64,000 bases of DNA from an uncultured Thermoplasmatales archaeon (GCA_964612945.1 CAZTFR010000002.1:7497-71496); one strand, 5' to 3'; positions 48,884 to 58,766 are shown, numbered from the stretch's first letter. Notes: a model not told the origin generated them from the letters alone. A program made the numbers and translations.

Positions 48884-50848
48884 ATGAAACGTAGTCTTAC
48901 CGCTCTGGACATCACGGCCATCTCCTACGAGATGAACCAGTTGAGCGGAAGCTACATCGACAAAATCTACCAACTCAGCCCCAGCGAACTGCTCATCAGA
49001 ATCAACAATACAAAAACCCGGCAAAAAGAGCACCTCTACATCCAAAACGAAACACTCATCGCACTTACCACGCAGTCCTTTGAAACACCACAGAAACCAT
49101 CTGTGTTTGCTCAAACCCTGCGAAAATACCTGCTGAATGGAAGAATAACACATGTCACCCAACACCCCTTCGATCGTATCATCCACATCATTATCACCAA
49201 AAAAAGTGTCTACACAATCACCATTGAACTCTTCAAAAATGGAAACATCCTGCTTCTCAACGAAGACAACACTATCCTGCTTCCCCTCCGAAATCAACAC
49301 TGGGCACACCGCATCATCAAACCCAACCATCCCTATACCCCGCCACCTGCTCAACAAAACCCGTTCGCTCTCACCAAAGACCAGTTCACTCAGCTTCTTA
49401 AGCAAAGCAACAAAGATCTCGTCCGCACCTTGGCAATCGACCTCAACTTCGGTGGCACCTACGCCGAGGAACTCTGCATCCGAGCAGACCTACAGAAAAA
49501 CACCGAAACAAACAAGCTTTCCCCTCCGCAAATAGCTTTGCTGTACACCACCATGCAGCAGCTACTCGCACCCTTCAAAACACACACCTACTCCCCCCAA
49601 CATGTCTACCACAACGACACCCTCATCGACATCATCCCACTTCCCCTCCAAACCTACCACCAGTTCACCCTCAAACCCATACAAAGCTTTCTAGCAGGAT
49701 TCACTCCGCTTATCACCCCGCCAAAAAAACACGACACCACCACCAAGGCATACCAAAAAAAGAAAGATAAACTCAAACGACAACTCACCCAGCAACAAAA
49801 AACCATACAGACCTACCAACAGCACATCAAAGAAAAACAACACCACGGAGACCTGCTGTATCTACATTTCCATGAGCTTGAGCCGCTTCTCAACCAGATA
49901 CAAACCATCCTCAAACAAAAAGAAAAACAAGACGACATCACCAAAATCCAACACCACCCCCTTGTTAACACCTTTGAACCCGAAGAAAATACTCTCATTG
50001 TCACCCTCACCGACAAAAAAGGAACCAAAACAAACATCTCTCTTGACTTTCGAAAAACCATTGCAGATAACGCAAACCAAGCCTATCAACAGGGAAAAAA
50101 ACTCCGCAGCAAAATACAGGGAGCACAACAAGCCGTCAAACAAACCAAACAAAAAATCCAGACTCTGACCAAACAACAGATAAAAGAACAAGAAACATCT
50201 CCCACCACATCAAAACAACACTTCTGGTTTGAACGCTACCGCTGGTTCATCTCCTCAGAGGGAAATCTGATTGTTGCGGGAAAAGATGCAAAAACCAACG
50301 ATCAGGTAGTCAAAAAATACCTCACCGAAGGAGACCGCTATGCACACGCCGACGTTCACGGCGCACCCAGCTGCGTGATCAAACACACCGATTACACCGG
50401 AAAATCACTCGACATATCAGACAAAACACTCTCTGAGGCATGCATCTTTGCCGCAGCCTACTCAAAAGCATGGAACCAATTTGCCGAGGCACAATCTTAC
50501 TGGGTCCTCCCCGAGCAGGTCAGCAAAACACCACAAAGCGGCGAATTTGTCCCCCGCGGCGCCTTCATCATCCGTGGAAAACGAAACTACTACCAATGCA
50601 CACTCGAACTTGCCATCGGAGAAATACAGCTTGATGACACCAAAAAAATAATGGGCGGACCAGTCAGCGCCGTACAAACCCATGCTGAAAAATATGTGGT
50701 CATAAAACCTGGTGTCATGAAAAAAACAACGGCGGTCAAAAAACTTTCCACACTCTTCAACGCATCAACAGAACAACTACAACAAGTACTTCCTCCAGTA
50801 GGAATTACAATAACTGAATCAAAAGGCATCACCTTTGAGGGGCGGTGA
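48884..50848 (+). CDS. NFACT-family protein (archaeal Rqc2/FbpA homologue, ribosome quality control)
   Basis: Start reset to MKRSLTALD. NFACT-N (LTALDITAISYEMNQL..., FKNGNILL), long coiled-coil middle region, and NFACT-R/C-terminal DUF814-like (WFERYRWFISSEGNLIVAGKDAKTND...HADVHGAPS). Confidence 0.65.
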   Translation: MKRSLTALDITAISYEMNQLSGSYIDKIYQLSPSELLIRINNTKTRQKEHLYIQNETLIALTTQSFETPQKPSVFAQTLRKYLLNGRITHVTQHPFDRIIHIIITKKSVYTITIELFKNGNILLLNEDNTILLPLRNQHWAHRIIKPNHPYTPPPAQQNPFALTKDQFTQLLKQSNKDLVRTLAIDLNFGGTYAEELCIRADLQKNTETNKLSPPQIALLYTTMQQLLAPFKTHTYSPQHVYHNDTLIDIIPLPLQTYHQFTLKPIQSFLAGFTPLITPPKKHDTTTKAYQKKKDKLKRQLTQQQKTIQTYQQHIKEKQHHGDLLYLHFHELEPLLNQIQTILKQKEKQDDITKIQHHPLVNTFEPEENTLIVTLTDKKGTKTNISLDFRKTIADNANQAYQQGKKLRSKIQGAQQAVKQTKQKIQTLTKQQIKEQETSPTTSKQHFWFERYRWFISSEGNLIVAGKDAKTNDQVVKKYLTEGDRYAHADVHGAPSCVIKHTDYTGKSLDISDKTLSEACIFAAAYSKAWNQFAEAQSYWVLPEQVSKTPQSGEFVPRGAFIIRGKRNYYQCTLELAIGEIQLDDTKKIMGGPVSAVQTHAEKYVVIKPGVMKKTTAVKKLSTLFNASTEQLQQVLPPVGITITESKGITFEGR

Positions 50849-50854
50849 ACTGAA

Positions 50855-51904
50855 ATGAAAATAGTCCACACCGATCTCAAACATGGCGAAATAAAAATTG
50901 TCCCTGAAAACCTGGATGATATCTGGCATCTCTACAACATAATAGAAGAAGGAGATCTGCTCCGCGCGGTGACCTTTCGAACCGATGAACAAAAAGCAGA
51001 TCAAATTCGTTCCAAAAAATCAGAAAAAAAACGAATGAAATTAGGAATCCGCGTGGAAAAAATTAGCTTTCATGAATTCAGCGACCGACTCCGCATCACC
51101 GGTGTGATTGAGGAAGGACCTCAGGATCTTGGCTCCTATCATACCTACAATATCGATGCAGCAAAAATGGAAGCATTCTCTGTTGTAAAAGAGGAATGGA
51201 AACACCATCAGCTGGATCGATTAGAAGAAGCCGTTAAACAGCGAACTGAGTCACTCTTGTATTTTGTCTCCCTTGATGATGAGGGGGCAACAATTGCTGC
51301 ACTCCGGCAGAGTGGTATTCAAAAAATCGCTGAGGTCAGTTCCAGCAGATCAGGAAAGTTGTATGAGAGCGTGGAGACAACACATGAATATTTTGGCGAT
51401 ATCGTAGGAGTGCTTCGACATGCAGAGATTGGTGAAGCACCAGTTGTGGTAATTGGACCGGGGTTTACCCGTGAGCATTTTCTTTCCTTTGGAAAAACAC
51501 ATGCATCTGAGATTTTTTCTCATGTCCACAGTCATCCAACAGGGCATGCCGGTATGAATGGCATTCATGAGGCGATCAAAAATGGTGTTGTTGATCAAAT
51601 CACAAAGGAAAACCGGGTATCTCTTGAGACGCAGCTTGTTGAGCGTTTGTTTGAAGAAATTCGGAAAGATGGCGCAGTGGTGTATGGTCAGGATGAGGTG
51701 GTTTCTGCGTTGTCTACAGGTGCAGTTGAGCATTTATTGATTTCTGATGTGTTGCTTCGTAAAAAGGAGGGTGATAAACTGTTAGCTCATGCTCGGAACA
51801 CACAGAGTAAGTATACTGTAATTAACTCTCTTCATGAGGCTGGTAAAAAATTTGAAGGGATTGGTGGGGTGGCGGCGTTTCTTCGCTATAAAATGACTGC
51901 TTAA
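50855..51904 (+). CDS. pelA: Pelota (Dom34) mRNA surveillance / ribosome rescue factor
   Basis: 349 aa, MKIVHTDLKHGEIKIVPENLDDIWHLYNII N-terminal and eRF1-like central/C domains. Confidence 0.8.
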   Translation: MKIVHTDLKHGEIKIVPENLDDIWHLYNIIEEGDLLRAVTFRTDEQKADQIRSKKSEKKRMKLGIRVEKISFHEFSDRLRITGVIEEGPQDLGSYHTYNIDAAKMEAFSVVKEEWKHHQLDRLEEAVKQRTESLLYFVSLDDEGATIAALRQSGIQKIAEVSSSRSGKLYESVETTHEYFGDIVGVLRHAEIGEAPVVVIGPGFTREHFLSFGKTHASEIFSHVHSHPTGHAGMNGIHEAIKNGVVDQITKENRVSLETQLVERLFEEIRKDGAVVYGQDEVVSALSTGAVEHLLISDVLLRKKEGDKLLAHARNTQSKYTVINSLHEAGKKFEGIGGVAAFLRYKMTA

Positions 51905-52650
51905 ATGTAGCGTCCGCATCCGGTGTTGATGATCATACCCAAGGCGGGTGGGGCTTCGTTATCTCTGAAGTCATCAAGATTGCCATTGTTTCCTCCGGTG
52001 TCTTTGATGTCATCGTCTTGTTCTTCTGCGTTGGTGAGCATGAAATATTCGTAGGTGATTTTGAGGTCAAAGTCGTTTCCTTTGTCTCGGATGTATTTGA
52101 GTGGTCTGATGATGCGTTCTCCGGTTTGTATGGCTACTTCAAGGTCAAAGCTGGGGTGATCGGTTTTGTAATATTCTTCTTGGATTTGTTGTAGTGCTGC
52201 ATTTGCGTCGGTTGCTTCGATGCTTTTTATGGTGGGCAAGGAGTTTATCATAAAGGTCATGCTAAATGTTCCGTTTCCTGTGGATTCTTCGCTTTTTGTT
52301 TGTCCCTCATAGGTGATATCTGCGGTGAGAGTGTCTTCTCCTTTGGTTCGGAGCAGACCGTAGGTGGAATCATCGGTCCAGGTAATTTCAAAGGTGACAG
52401 AGATGAGGTTGTCCTCACTGATGGTCATGGTCTCGGTGAAGGGATCGTTTTTTGCTGCAGTGTAGCTCTCTGTTGCATAGGATGAGGTTGTGGAATCCCA
52501 TGATATTAGAAAGGTTTTTGTCTCACCGGTGTCAACATCGTCAAGGTCGGTTTCGGGGGCGGTGTAGACGGCGATTCCAGCTCCTGCGAGGATTATGATG
52601 ATGACTGCGGCAAGAATTATAATTTTATCATTTTTGTGAAGCATGATCAT
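51901..52650 (-). CDS. Membrane-anchored (N-terminal TM) extracellular hypothetical protein
   Basis: 249 aa; single N-terminal helix IIILAAVIIIILAGAGIAVY; acidic Thr/Ser-rich ectodomain. Confidence 0.4.
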   Translation of the reverse strand: MIMLHKNDKIIILAAVIIIILAGAGIAVYTAPETDLDDVDTGETKTFLISWDSTTSSYATESYTAAKNDPFTETMTISEDNLISVTFEITWTDDSTYGLLRTKGEDTLTADITYEGQTKSEESTGNGTFSMTFMINSLPTIKSIEATDANAALQQIQEEYYKTDHPSFDLEVAIQTGERIIRPLKYIRDKGNDFDLKITYEYFMLTNAEEQDDDIKDTGGNNGNLDDFRDNEAPPALGMIINTGCGRYI

Positions 52651-52823
52651 GATGTCACCTGGTAATTTTAGTGTAAGGTGTAATACTTTTTTTTTTTGTT
52701 CTGTGTATTAATATGTTTCGGCCTTTATTAATTTTTTCCTCTTTATATATTAATTTACATTATATTTTATTGTGCGGGCGTCTATTCGCAGTAGTATGGG
52801 TTTTTCCTAAAGTGAGGGCGGGT

Positions 52824-54140
52824 TTATTCTCCAAGGATCATTTCTCCATTGTTTCGGAAGAGACCACGGTAGGGGTAGCGGTCGTTGATTTGTGGTTCCA
52901 TGGCTTTGAATTGTTCCAGATTTGCATCAGTGCGTAGGTGGTATTGGGCATAGTAAAAGGCTTCTTCGACGGAGACCTTACCGTCCTGAAAACGCATTCG
53001 ATATCGAGGGTTTCCTATGTTGAGTATGCCGTTGCGGTATCCATCGGCCTCCCCGGTCTGTAGGCCATGAAACCAGAGGAAGGTGAAGATGGGTCCCTGG
53101 GTGGTGCTTGCGAATCCTGCGCGGTATTTGCTGGTGCCGGCGATGATGATCCGGCCGCTTTTGGGGAGGTCTGAGCGGAAGATGAGGGGGGTGCGGATGT
53201 TGAGGATGGTTTTGTCTGCAAACCCGCCGCAGAAGCAGGCGTCGACGATGAGTGCCATCTTTTTTGATTGCAGCGGTGCAAGCCACTCGCCAAGGTCTTT
53301 GTCACTGACGATTTCTGCGCCGTTGTCTGGATCCCAGAGGAAGATTTGGCTGCTTTCAAAGAGTTTTCCTCCGGTGAGAGAATTGTTAAGATCGCCGTAT
53401 CCATGGTTGAACATCCAGATGAAAACTTCGCTGTCTCGGTGGCGGTTTGATTCAGTGATGATTTGGTTGAAGGTGTTGATGACTGTGTTTTTGGTGGCTG
53501 CGCCGTAGACTACATCGTAGGTGTGTCTGCGTTCCTGGAGTGTTTCGAGGCGTTTTCCGCGTCCGTTGTCTTCGCGGATCCATCCGTCGTCAAAGAGGAT
53601 GAAGATGTTTGAGGTAGCGTAGTTGCATTCTTCGATGAGGTAGGCGGCCATTTCTTCGGCAAGGTAGAGTCCGCCATTTCCGAGTTTGCTGTCATTGTTT
53701 TCTGGAAAGTTGGCTGCGGCGACAAAGACGGCCCATTTGTGGGTGTCACTTTCAACAGCGTCGGGGTTGTCGACTTTGACGGTGATAGTTTCTGTGGTGG
53801 ATGTTTGGTGGTTATCCCAGACACGTACCTGAATGGTATACTGTCCGTCTTGTTTGTCTAAAATGTTCCATTCGTAGCTCCAATGGGTGGTTCCATCAAC
53901 GGTGGTCCATTTTCCGTCATTGATGGAGAGTTCTACGTTTTTTATGGTGTCTGCTCCATCGGCATCATCGGTTGTTCCACTGATGATTACCAGTCGGGAG
54001 ACCGTAGCATCGGGCAGTGGATGGTTGATGTGGATGGTGGGTGGGGTGTTTGGTGGTTCTGAGTCAAATTCAAGGCAGCCTGCGAAGCTGAGACTGAATA
54101 GGAGGAAAATGATGAAGAAGGGTACAAGGTGTTTGTCCAT
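52824..54140 (-). CDS. Secreted lipoprotein: clan CD cysteine peptidase (legumain C13 / clostripain C11-like) with N-terminal Ig-like domain
   Basis: Signal peptide + lipobox-like SFAGC; Ig-like segment (...WSYEWNILDKQDGQYTIQVRVWDNH...). Hydrophobic block before the candidate catalytic His (VFIWMFNHGYGD) and Cys (MALIVDACFCGGF), as in clan CD. Confidence 0.45.
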   Translation of the reverse strand: MDKHLVPFFIIFLLFSLSFAGCLEFDSEPPNTPPTIHINHPLPDATVSRLVIISGTTDDADGADTIKNVELSINDGKWTTVDGTTHWSYEWNILDKQDGQYTIQVRVWDNHQTSTTETITVKVDNPDAVESDTHKWAVFVAAANFPENNDSKLGNGGLYLAEEMAAYLIEECNYATSNIFILFDDGWIREDNGRGKRLETLQERRHTYDVVYGAATKNTVINTFNQIITESNRHRDSEVFIWMFNHGYGDLNNSLTGGKLFESSQIFLWDPDNGAEIVSDKDLGEWLAPLQSKKMALIVDACFCGGFADKTILNIRTPLIFRSDLPKSGRIIIAGTSKYRAGFASTTQGPIFTFLWFHGLQTGEADGYRNGILNIGNPRYRMRFQDGKVSVEEAFYYAQYHLRTDANLEQFKAMEPQINDRYPYRGLFRNNGEMILGE

Positions 54141-54222
54141 TGATGCTACCTAAGTATAAATTTACGTCATTATTATATAAATGGTTTTTGGAACAAGTCT
54201 TACCCAGAAATATAGATTTTTG

Positions 54223-55221
54223 TTAGAAATGATGGGGGCGGAAATGTTCGTATCCCTTGTTTTCAAGACGTGTTGTGGTATCATGTGAGATGCGATGGAT
54301 ACGTTGTGTTTTGGTTACTGTTCCAATCGCTGTAATCTGGTATCCTTTTTGTTGTGCCTTGTTTTGGATGCGTTCAAAATCGTTGAAATCACAGGTGAAT
54401 ACCAGTTCGTAGTCTCCGCCGAAATGAAGCGCGATTTCAAGAGGGTTTAGCTCCGGTTTGTGGTCTGATAGATGTTTAAGTTCTGCTGCGATTGGTATGG
54501 TTTGTTCGTCGATGTCAAAGCCAAGTGTGTTTCTCTCCCCGAGTTGATAAAGTGATGAGGAGAGTCCGTCGGAGAGATCCATGCAGGTGGATATTCCTTT
54601 TTGTTTGGAAAGCAGCTGTCCGAGCGGTAACTGCGGTGTGGGTCTGAACAGATGCTTGGTTGTATCCGGTGAGGCATTGTTGTGTTGGAGTGCGTAGTAG
54701 CCTGCGCCTGCTTTTCCGAGTGTTCCGGAGACTGCGACCACCTCTCCGGGTTTCATGCCGTGTCTTCCGAGATAGTTGTGTTTTCTGACACGTCCTATTG
54801 CAGTTCCACACAGGCTTATTGTTTCTGATTCTTTGAGATCTCCTCCGAGAATCTCTGTATTGTATGTTGTGCAGCAGCAAAGAGCGCCTTTGGTAAGCTG
54901 GGTGAGATAAGAGTCGGTGGTATCTGCGGGGAGGCCATAGGAGAGGAGCAGTCCGAGAGGTGTGGCGCCGCAGCAGGCCAGATCGCTCAGGTTGATTGCC
55001 ACCAGAAACCATCCCAGATCTGAGGGGGTCATCTGTGGGGGTATATGGGTGTGCTGGTGGATCATGTCACTGGTGAGGACCAGGTAGTCTTTTCCATACT
55101 CAATGCGTGCGCAGTCATCACCCAGCTGCCCTGCTGATGGTTGGTCGGAGAGCAGATCGAAGAGGTGTTTGATCGCCTGTCGTTCTCCGATGTCTTGTAA
55201 CCGGTTCACAATAGTATGCAA
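54223..55221 (-). CDS. thiL: Thiamine-monophosphate kinase (AIR-synthase-related PurM fold)
   Basis: 332 aa, GDDCARIEY...LVLTSDMIHQHTHI...DLGWFLVAINLSDLACCGATP ThiL pattern. Confidence 0.6.
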   Translation of the reverse strand: MHTIVNRLQDIGERQAIKHLFDLLSDQPSAGQLGDDCARIEYGKDYLVLTSDMIHQHTHIPPQMTPSDLGWFLVAINLSDLACCGATPLGLLLSYGLPADTTDSYLTQLTKGALCCCTTYNTEILGGDLKESETISLCGTAIGRVRKHNYLGRHGMKPGEVVAVSGTLGKAGAGYYALQHNNASPDTTKHLFRPTPQLPLGQLLSKQKGISTCMDLSDGLSSSLYQLGERNTLGFDIDEQTIPIAAELKHLSDHKPELNPLEIALHFGGDYELVFTCDFNDFERIQNKAQQKGYQITAIGTVTKTQRIHRISHDTTTRLENKGYEHFRPHHF

Positions 55222-55289
55222 CTTTGCATGAATTCAAAAAGTTTATCCATAACGGGGTGATGTTTGTCTGTGTCCAGTGAGGTGTTTCT

Positions 55290-56315
55290 GTGAAAAAAAT
55301 GACCTACGCAGCATCTGGAGTAGATATCAGCAAAGAAGAACATGCTATTTCTGATTTGATTCAGCAGATCAGATTTAAACGTACCGGTGTCGGAAGGCCT
55401 CTTGGTGGTCAGTATGCAGGACTTGTTGATTTTGGTGAACATGCACTGGTACTTTGTACCGATGGCGTGGGTAGTAAGGTGTTGATCGCATCGGCTCTAC
55501 AGAAGTGGGATACAGTAGGAATCGACTGCATCGCTATGAATGTCAACGACGCCCTCTGTGTGGGTGCTGAGCCGATTGCATTTGTCGATTATCTTGCCAT
55601 AGACAACCCTGACCCTGCCGTTACTCGTGAGATTGGAAAAGGCCTTGCCATGGGCGCTCGGCAGGCAAATATCTCCATTGTCGGCGGGGAGACTGCATCA
55701 CTTCCTGAGATTGTCAACGGCTTTGATCTGGCCGGGACCTGCCTTGCCTACGTAAACAAAAAAGACATCATCACCGGTGAACAGATCGCCCCTGGTGACG
55801 TTCTCATCGGTCTTGCAAGTAGTGGTATTCACTCAAACGGCTACAGTCTAGTCCGAAAGATCATCGAGGCGCAGAACCACTCGTATACCGACAGCTTTTC
55901 CGATAACAGGTATCCTGATACTACCATTGGAGAGGTACTATTGACACCTACCCGTATCTACGTTAAACAAATCATGAAGCTTCTCAAGCAGGTTTCCCTG
56001 CATGGACTTGCCCATATCACCGGTGGCGGCCTGCGGAATCTCCTCCGGTTGAATACAAACGTACGATACGTTATCGACTGTCCTCTTCCCCCGCAGCCAT
56101 TGTTTGATACGCTTCAACAGATGGGAAAGGTAGATGACAAAGAAATGTATCAGACGTTTAACATGGGCATGGGATTTACAATTATTGTTGGTGAGGATGA
56201 AAGTAAAAAGGCGCTCTCTCTTCTTAACAGACACAGTGATTTTGATGTACAAGTTGTTGGATATATCGATAAAGGAAAGGGAGTAGTACATCAACCAAAA
56301 AATATTGAGTTTTGA
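55290..56315 (+). CDS. purM: Phosphoribosylformylglycinamidine cyclo-ligase (AIR synthetase)
   Basis: 341 aa, MKKMTYAASGVDISKEE...DGVGSKV PurM N-terminal motifs. Confidence 0.8.
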   Translation: MKKMTYAASGVDISKEEHAISDLIQQIRFKRTGVGRPLGGQYAGLVDFGEHALVLCTDGVGSKVLIASALQKWDTVGIDCIAMNVNDALCVGAEPIAFVDYLAIDNPDPAVTREIGKGLAMGARQANISIVGGETASLPEIVNGFDLAGTCLAYVNKKDIITGEQIAPGDVLIGLASSGIHSNGYSLVRKIIEAQNHSYTDSFSDNRYPDTTIGEVLLTPTRIYVKQIMKLLKQVSLHGLAHITGGGLRNLLRLNTNVRYVIDCPLPPQPLFDTLQQMGKVDDKEMYQTFNMGMGFTIIVGEDESKKALSLLNRHSDFDVQVVGYIDKGKGVVHQPKNIEF

Positions 56316-56463
56316 ATTAGATAATTAAGAATTACAACGTTTTTTCATATCTTTTTTTGCAAATTTCTATTAAATCAGACAAGATATTTTGAGAATATTG
56401 AGTTGATTAATTGAAAATTGTATCAACGAATCATATTACACCTACTCGTTTTGAGCCTTTTGA

Positions 56464-57195
56464 TTAGCTGAGTATAGTAAAAACAAAGATAATCCCAATA
56501 AGAATCGGCTGATGCACAAGATAAATCACCAACGAATGCCTCCCAAGAAAACAAAAAACACCAACCACTCTATTTGGCACCGGCTCAGATAGCTCAAACC
56601 GTCGCGTATTCCCCCAGTATAGGATGCGCCCAAGCACCATACCCAAAAGCACCACCCCAAACCAGGGAAGCAAAGGAAAATAATCAAGGGTATAAAACAA
56701 AGACGGACGAATACCTGCCCACAAAAGCCAAGGAAACTCAACAATAATCCCTTGAAACAGAAGACCCAGCACAACAAAAACCACGGCAAGCTCCACATTA
56801 TACCTCGGCCAGCGCAAAAACGGATAACTCATCATAATACACACCCCAATACAATGCAAAATCCCAAACATGATGAATCCCTCATGCGGATACACATACG
56901 TAATCAAAGTGATCAAAAGCCCAAACCCAAAAATCTTCAACCCCCGCACCACAAATTTCAACGGAATCTCCCGCTCCGATAGATACTGCTGTGCACGCGC
57001 ATAACTCAGCGTCAGCGACACACCCACCAAAAGCAAAAACGTCGTACCAATTGGATACAAAAAAAGACGAACCAGCGGATGATACAAATCAATAAAAACA
57101 ACCTGAAAATAGGTAAGATCAAACAGAATGTGATAGGTAATCATCATACAAATCGCAATACCACGAACAAAATCTACCTCCCAAAACCGAGTCAT
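56464..57195 (-). CDS. DUF1624 / HGSNAT-like acyltransferase-3 family membrane protein
   Basis: MTRFWEVDFVRGIAICMMITYHILFDL N-terminal motif plus multiple TM helices; start trimmed from the track ORF. Confidence 0.45.
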   Translation of the reverse strand: MTRFWEVDFVRGIAICMMITYHILFDLTYFQVVFIDLYHPLVRLFLYPIGTTFLLLVGVSLTLSYARAQQYLSEREIPLKFVVRGLKIFGFGLLITLITYVYPHEGFIMFGILHCIGVCIMMSYPFLRWPRYNVELAVVFVVLGLLFQGIIVEFPWLLWAGIRPSLFYTLDYFPLLPWFGVVLLGMVLGRILYWGNTRRFELSEPVPNRVVGVFCFLGRHSLVIYLVHQPILIGIIFVFTILS

Positions 57196-57268
57196 CACAG
57201 CCTTCAGTACCACAACATCCAAAACAAAACCTCACCATAAAAAGATGCTGACAAAAAAAAAGAGTGAG

Positions 57269-57343
57269 TAGCGGGGAGTGGATTTGAACCACTGATCTAC
57301 GGGTTATGGGCCCGTCGGGATTTCCTGACTACCCCACCCCGCT
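57269..57343 (-). tRNA. tRNA-Met (CAU), initiator-like
   Basis: Hand-folded: acceptor AGCGGGG/CCCCGCU with A1:U72; D-loop with GG; anticodon stem ACGGG/CCCGU with three G:C pairs next to loop CCCAUAA (anticodon CAU); T-arm AGUGG-UUCAAAU-CCACU; discriminator A; no encoded CCA. Confidence 0.8.
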
Positions 57344-57507
57344 ATCAACAACAAACCCGCAGGGAAACAAACCATCAGAGAGTGTAGATGGTGAATAACG
57401 TTTTCATACTTAAAGGTACACCCAAACACCTCTCATGATACCCACAAGGCGTTTGTGAAAAAAGATTAAATACACAAAACAAAATCAGATACCACGGAGA
57501 CACCCAT

Positions 57508-57720
57508 ATGAATACTGAGACCCTTCACTCTCATCTTCTCAAACGAGCAGCAAATGAACCACAAGTCTGCACCAACTGCACCACCCGCATCGAGCCTGGC
57601 ACAATCTACTATCGGGAGGAAGGACATAAAGAACACATCCACTCCCTGATCGCCCGCCGGTTCTGCCAGGAATGCTACGCAAAATACGGCGAAAAAAAAC
57701 TTCTCAAAGGAACAAAATAA
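57508..57720 (+). CDS. Small zinc-finger protein (CxxC...CxxC)
   Basis: 70-aa ORF between two tRNAs: ...QVCTNCTTRIE...RRFCQECYAKYG. Confidence 0.35.
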   Translation: MNTETLHSHLLKRAANEPQVCTNCTTRIEPGTIYYREEGHKEHIHSLIARRFCQECYAKYGEKKLLKGTK

Positions 57721-57798
57721 ACAGCCATTTATGTCACCATACTGCTCACAAAACATTTTTGATAGCCTCCTCTATTTCTGATGCACCATCCTTTTGAT

Positions 57799-57881
57799 GC
57801 AGGGGTACCCGAGCGGTCAAAGGGGCAGGGCTTAGGACCCTGTGACGTAGGTCTTCGAGCGTTCGAATCGCTCCCCCTGCA
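57799..57881 (+). tRNA. tRNA-Leu (UAG)
   Basis: Hand-folded 83 nt: acceptor GCAGGGG/CCCCUGC + A73; anticodon stem CAGGG/CCCUG with loop CUUAGGA (U33, anticodon UAG, G37); long variable arm; T-arm GAGCG-UUCGAAU-CGCUC. Confidence 0.8.
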
Positions 57882-57916
57882 CTTCACCCACACAAAAAAA
57901 CAGTTCGTGTTCGACT

Positions 57917-58474
57917 ATGAAAATCATCGCATTCACCGGTATGCCCTTTTCCGGAAAATCAGAAGCAGTAACAATCGCACAACAAACAGGAATACCAGTT
58001 GTCCGCATGGGTGATCTGGTCTGGGATGAAACCAAACAACGCGGCCTTCCACTCACCGATGAACACGTCGGACGCGTCGCAACAGAAATGCGAAACATCC
58101 ACGGAAAAGACATCTGGGCAAAAAAAACAACAGAAAAAATACACACACTACAAAACCAAGACATCGTCATCATCGACGGTATCCGAAACAAAGAAGAAAT
58201 CATCTATTTCAAACAAAAACTCGGCACCGATTTTGTCCTCATCGCTATAACCGTACCCACTGATCTACGCAGAAAACGAGGCAGAATGCGAGGCCGAACA
58301 GATGATAGCACAAAACTACAGGATATCAAAAAACGAGACCAGCGAGAACTCAGCTGGGGACTGGGCGAGGTCATCAACACAGCAGACATCACCATTAACA
58401 ACGCAGGGACACTCAGCGAGTTTCAACTTCAGGTTAAACAAATCCTACACGCCCTCACCGAATCGATACATTAA
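57917..58474 (+). CDS. P-loop nucleotide/nucleoside kinase of the archaeal UPF0200 (AMP/CMP-kinase-related) family
   Basis: 185 aa, MKIIAFTGMPFSGKSE P-loop at the extreme N-terminus. Confidence 0.5.
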   Translation: MKIIAFTGMPFSGKSEAVTIAQQTGIPVVRMGDLVWDETKQRGLPLTDEHVGRVATEMRNIHGKDIWAKKTTEKIHTLQNQDIVIIDGIRNKEEIIYFKQKLGTDFVLIAITVPTDLRRKRGRMRGRTDDSTKLQDIKKRDQRELSWGLGEVINTADITINNAGTLSEFQLQVKQILHALTESIH

Positions 58475-58508
58475 TCTATACTTTTTCTGATGGCACGCAC
58501 GAAATAAC

Positions 58509-58760
58509 ATGTATGAAGTACACGTCAAGATCGCCCTCAAAAAAGGTGTATCCGACCCTGAAGGAGCAAACACCCTCAAAGCACTACATCTTCTTGGATA
58601 TGAAACCGTCACCGAGGCAAAAATCATCCGCACAGTCGTCCTCACACTTGACGAACCAAATAAAGACACCGTCCAACAACAAGTCAAGCAAATGTGTCAA
58701 CGCCTACTCACCAACCCAGTGATCCATCATTTTGATATTTCCATTACAAGAAAGGAGTAA
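58509..58760 (+). CDS. purS: Phosphoribosylformylglycinamidine synthase subunit PurS
   Basis: 83 aa, MYEVHVKIALKKGVSDPEG...; immediately upstream of purL. Confidence 0.75.
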   Translation: MYEVHVKIALKKGVSDPEGANTLKALHLLGYETVTEAKIIRTVVLTLDEPNKDTVQQQVKQMCQRLLTNPVIHHFDISITRKE

Positions 58761-58766
58761 CCACCT

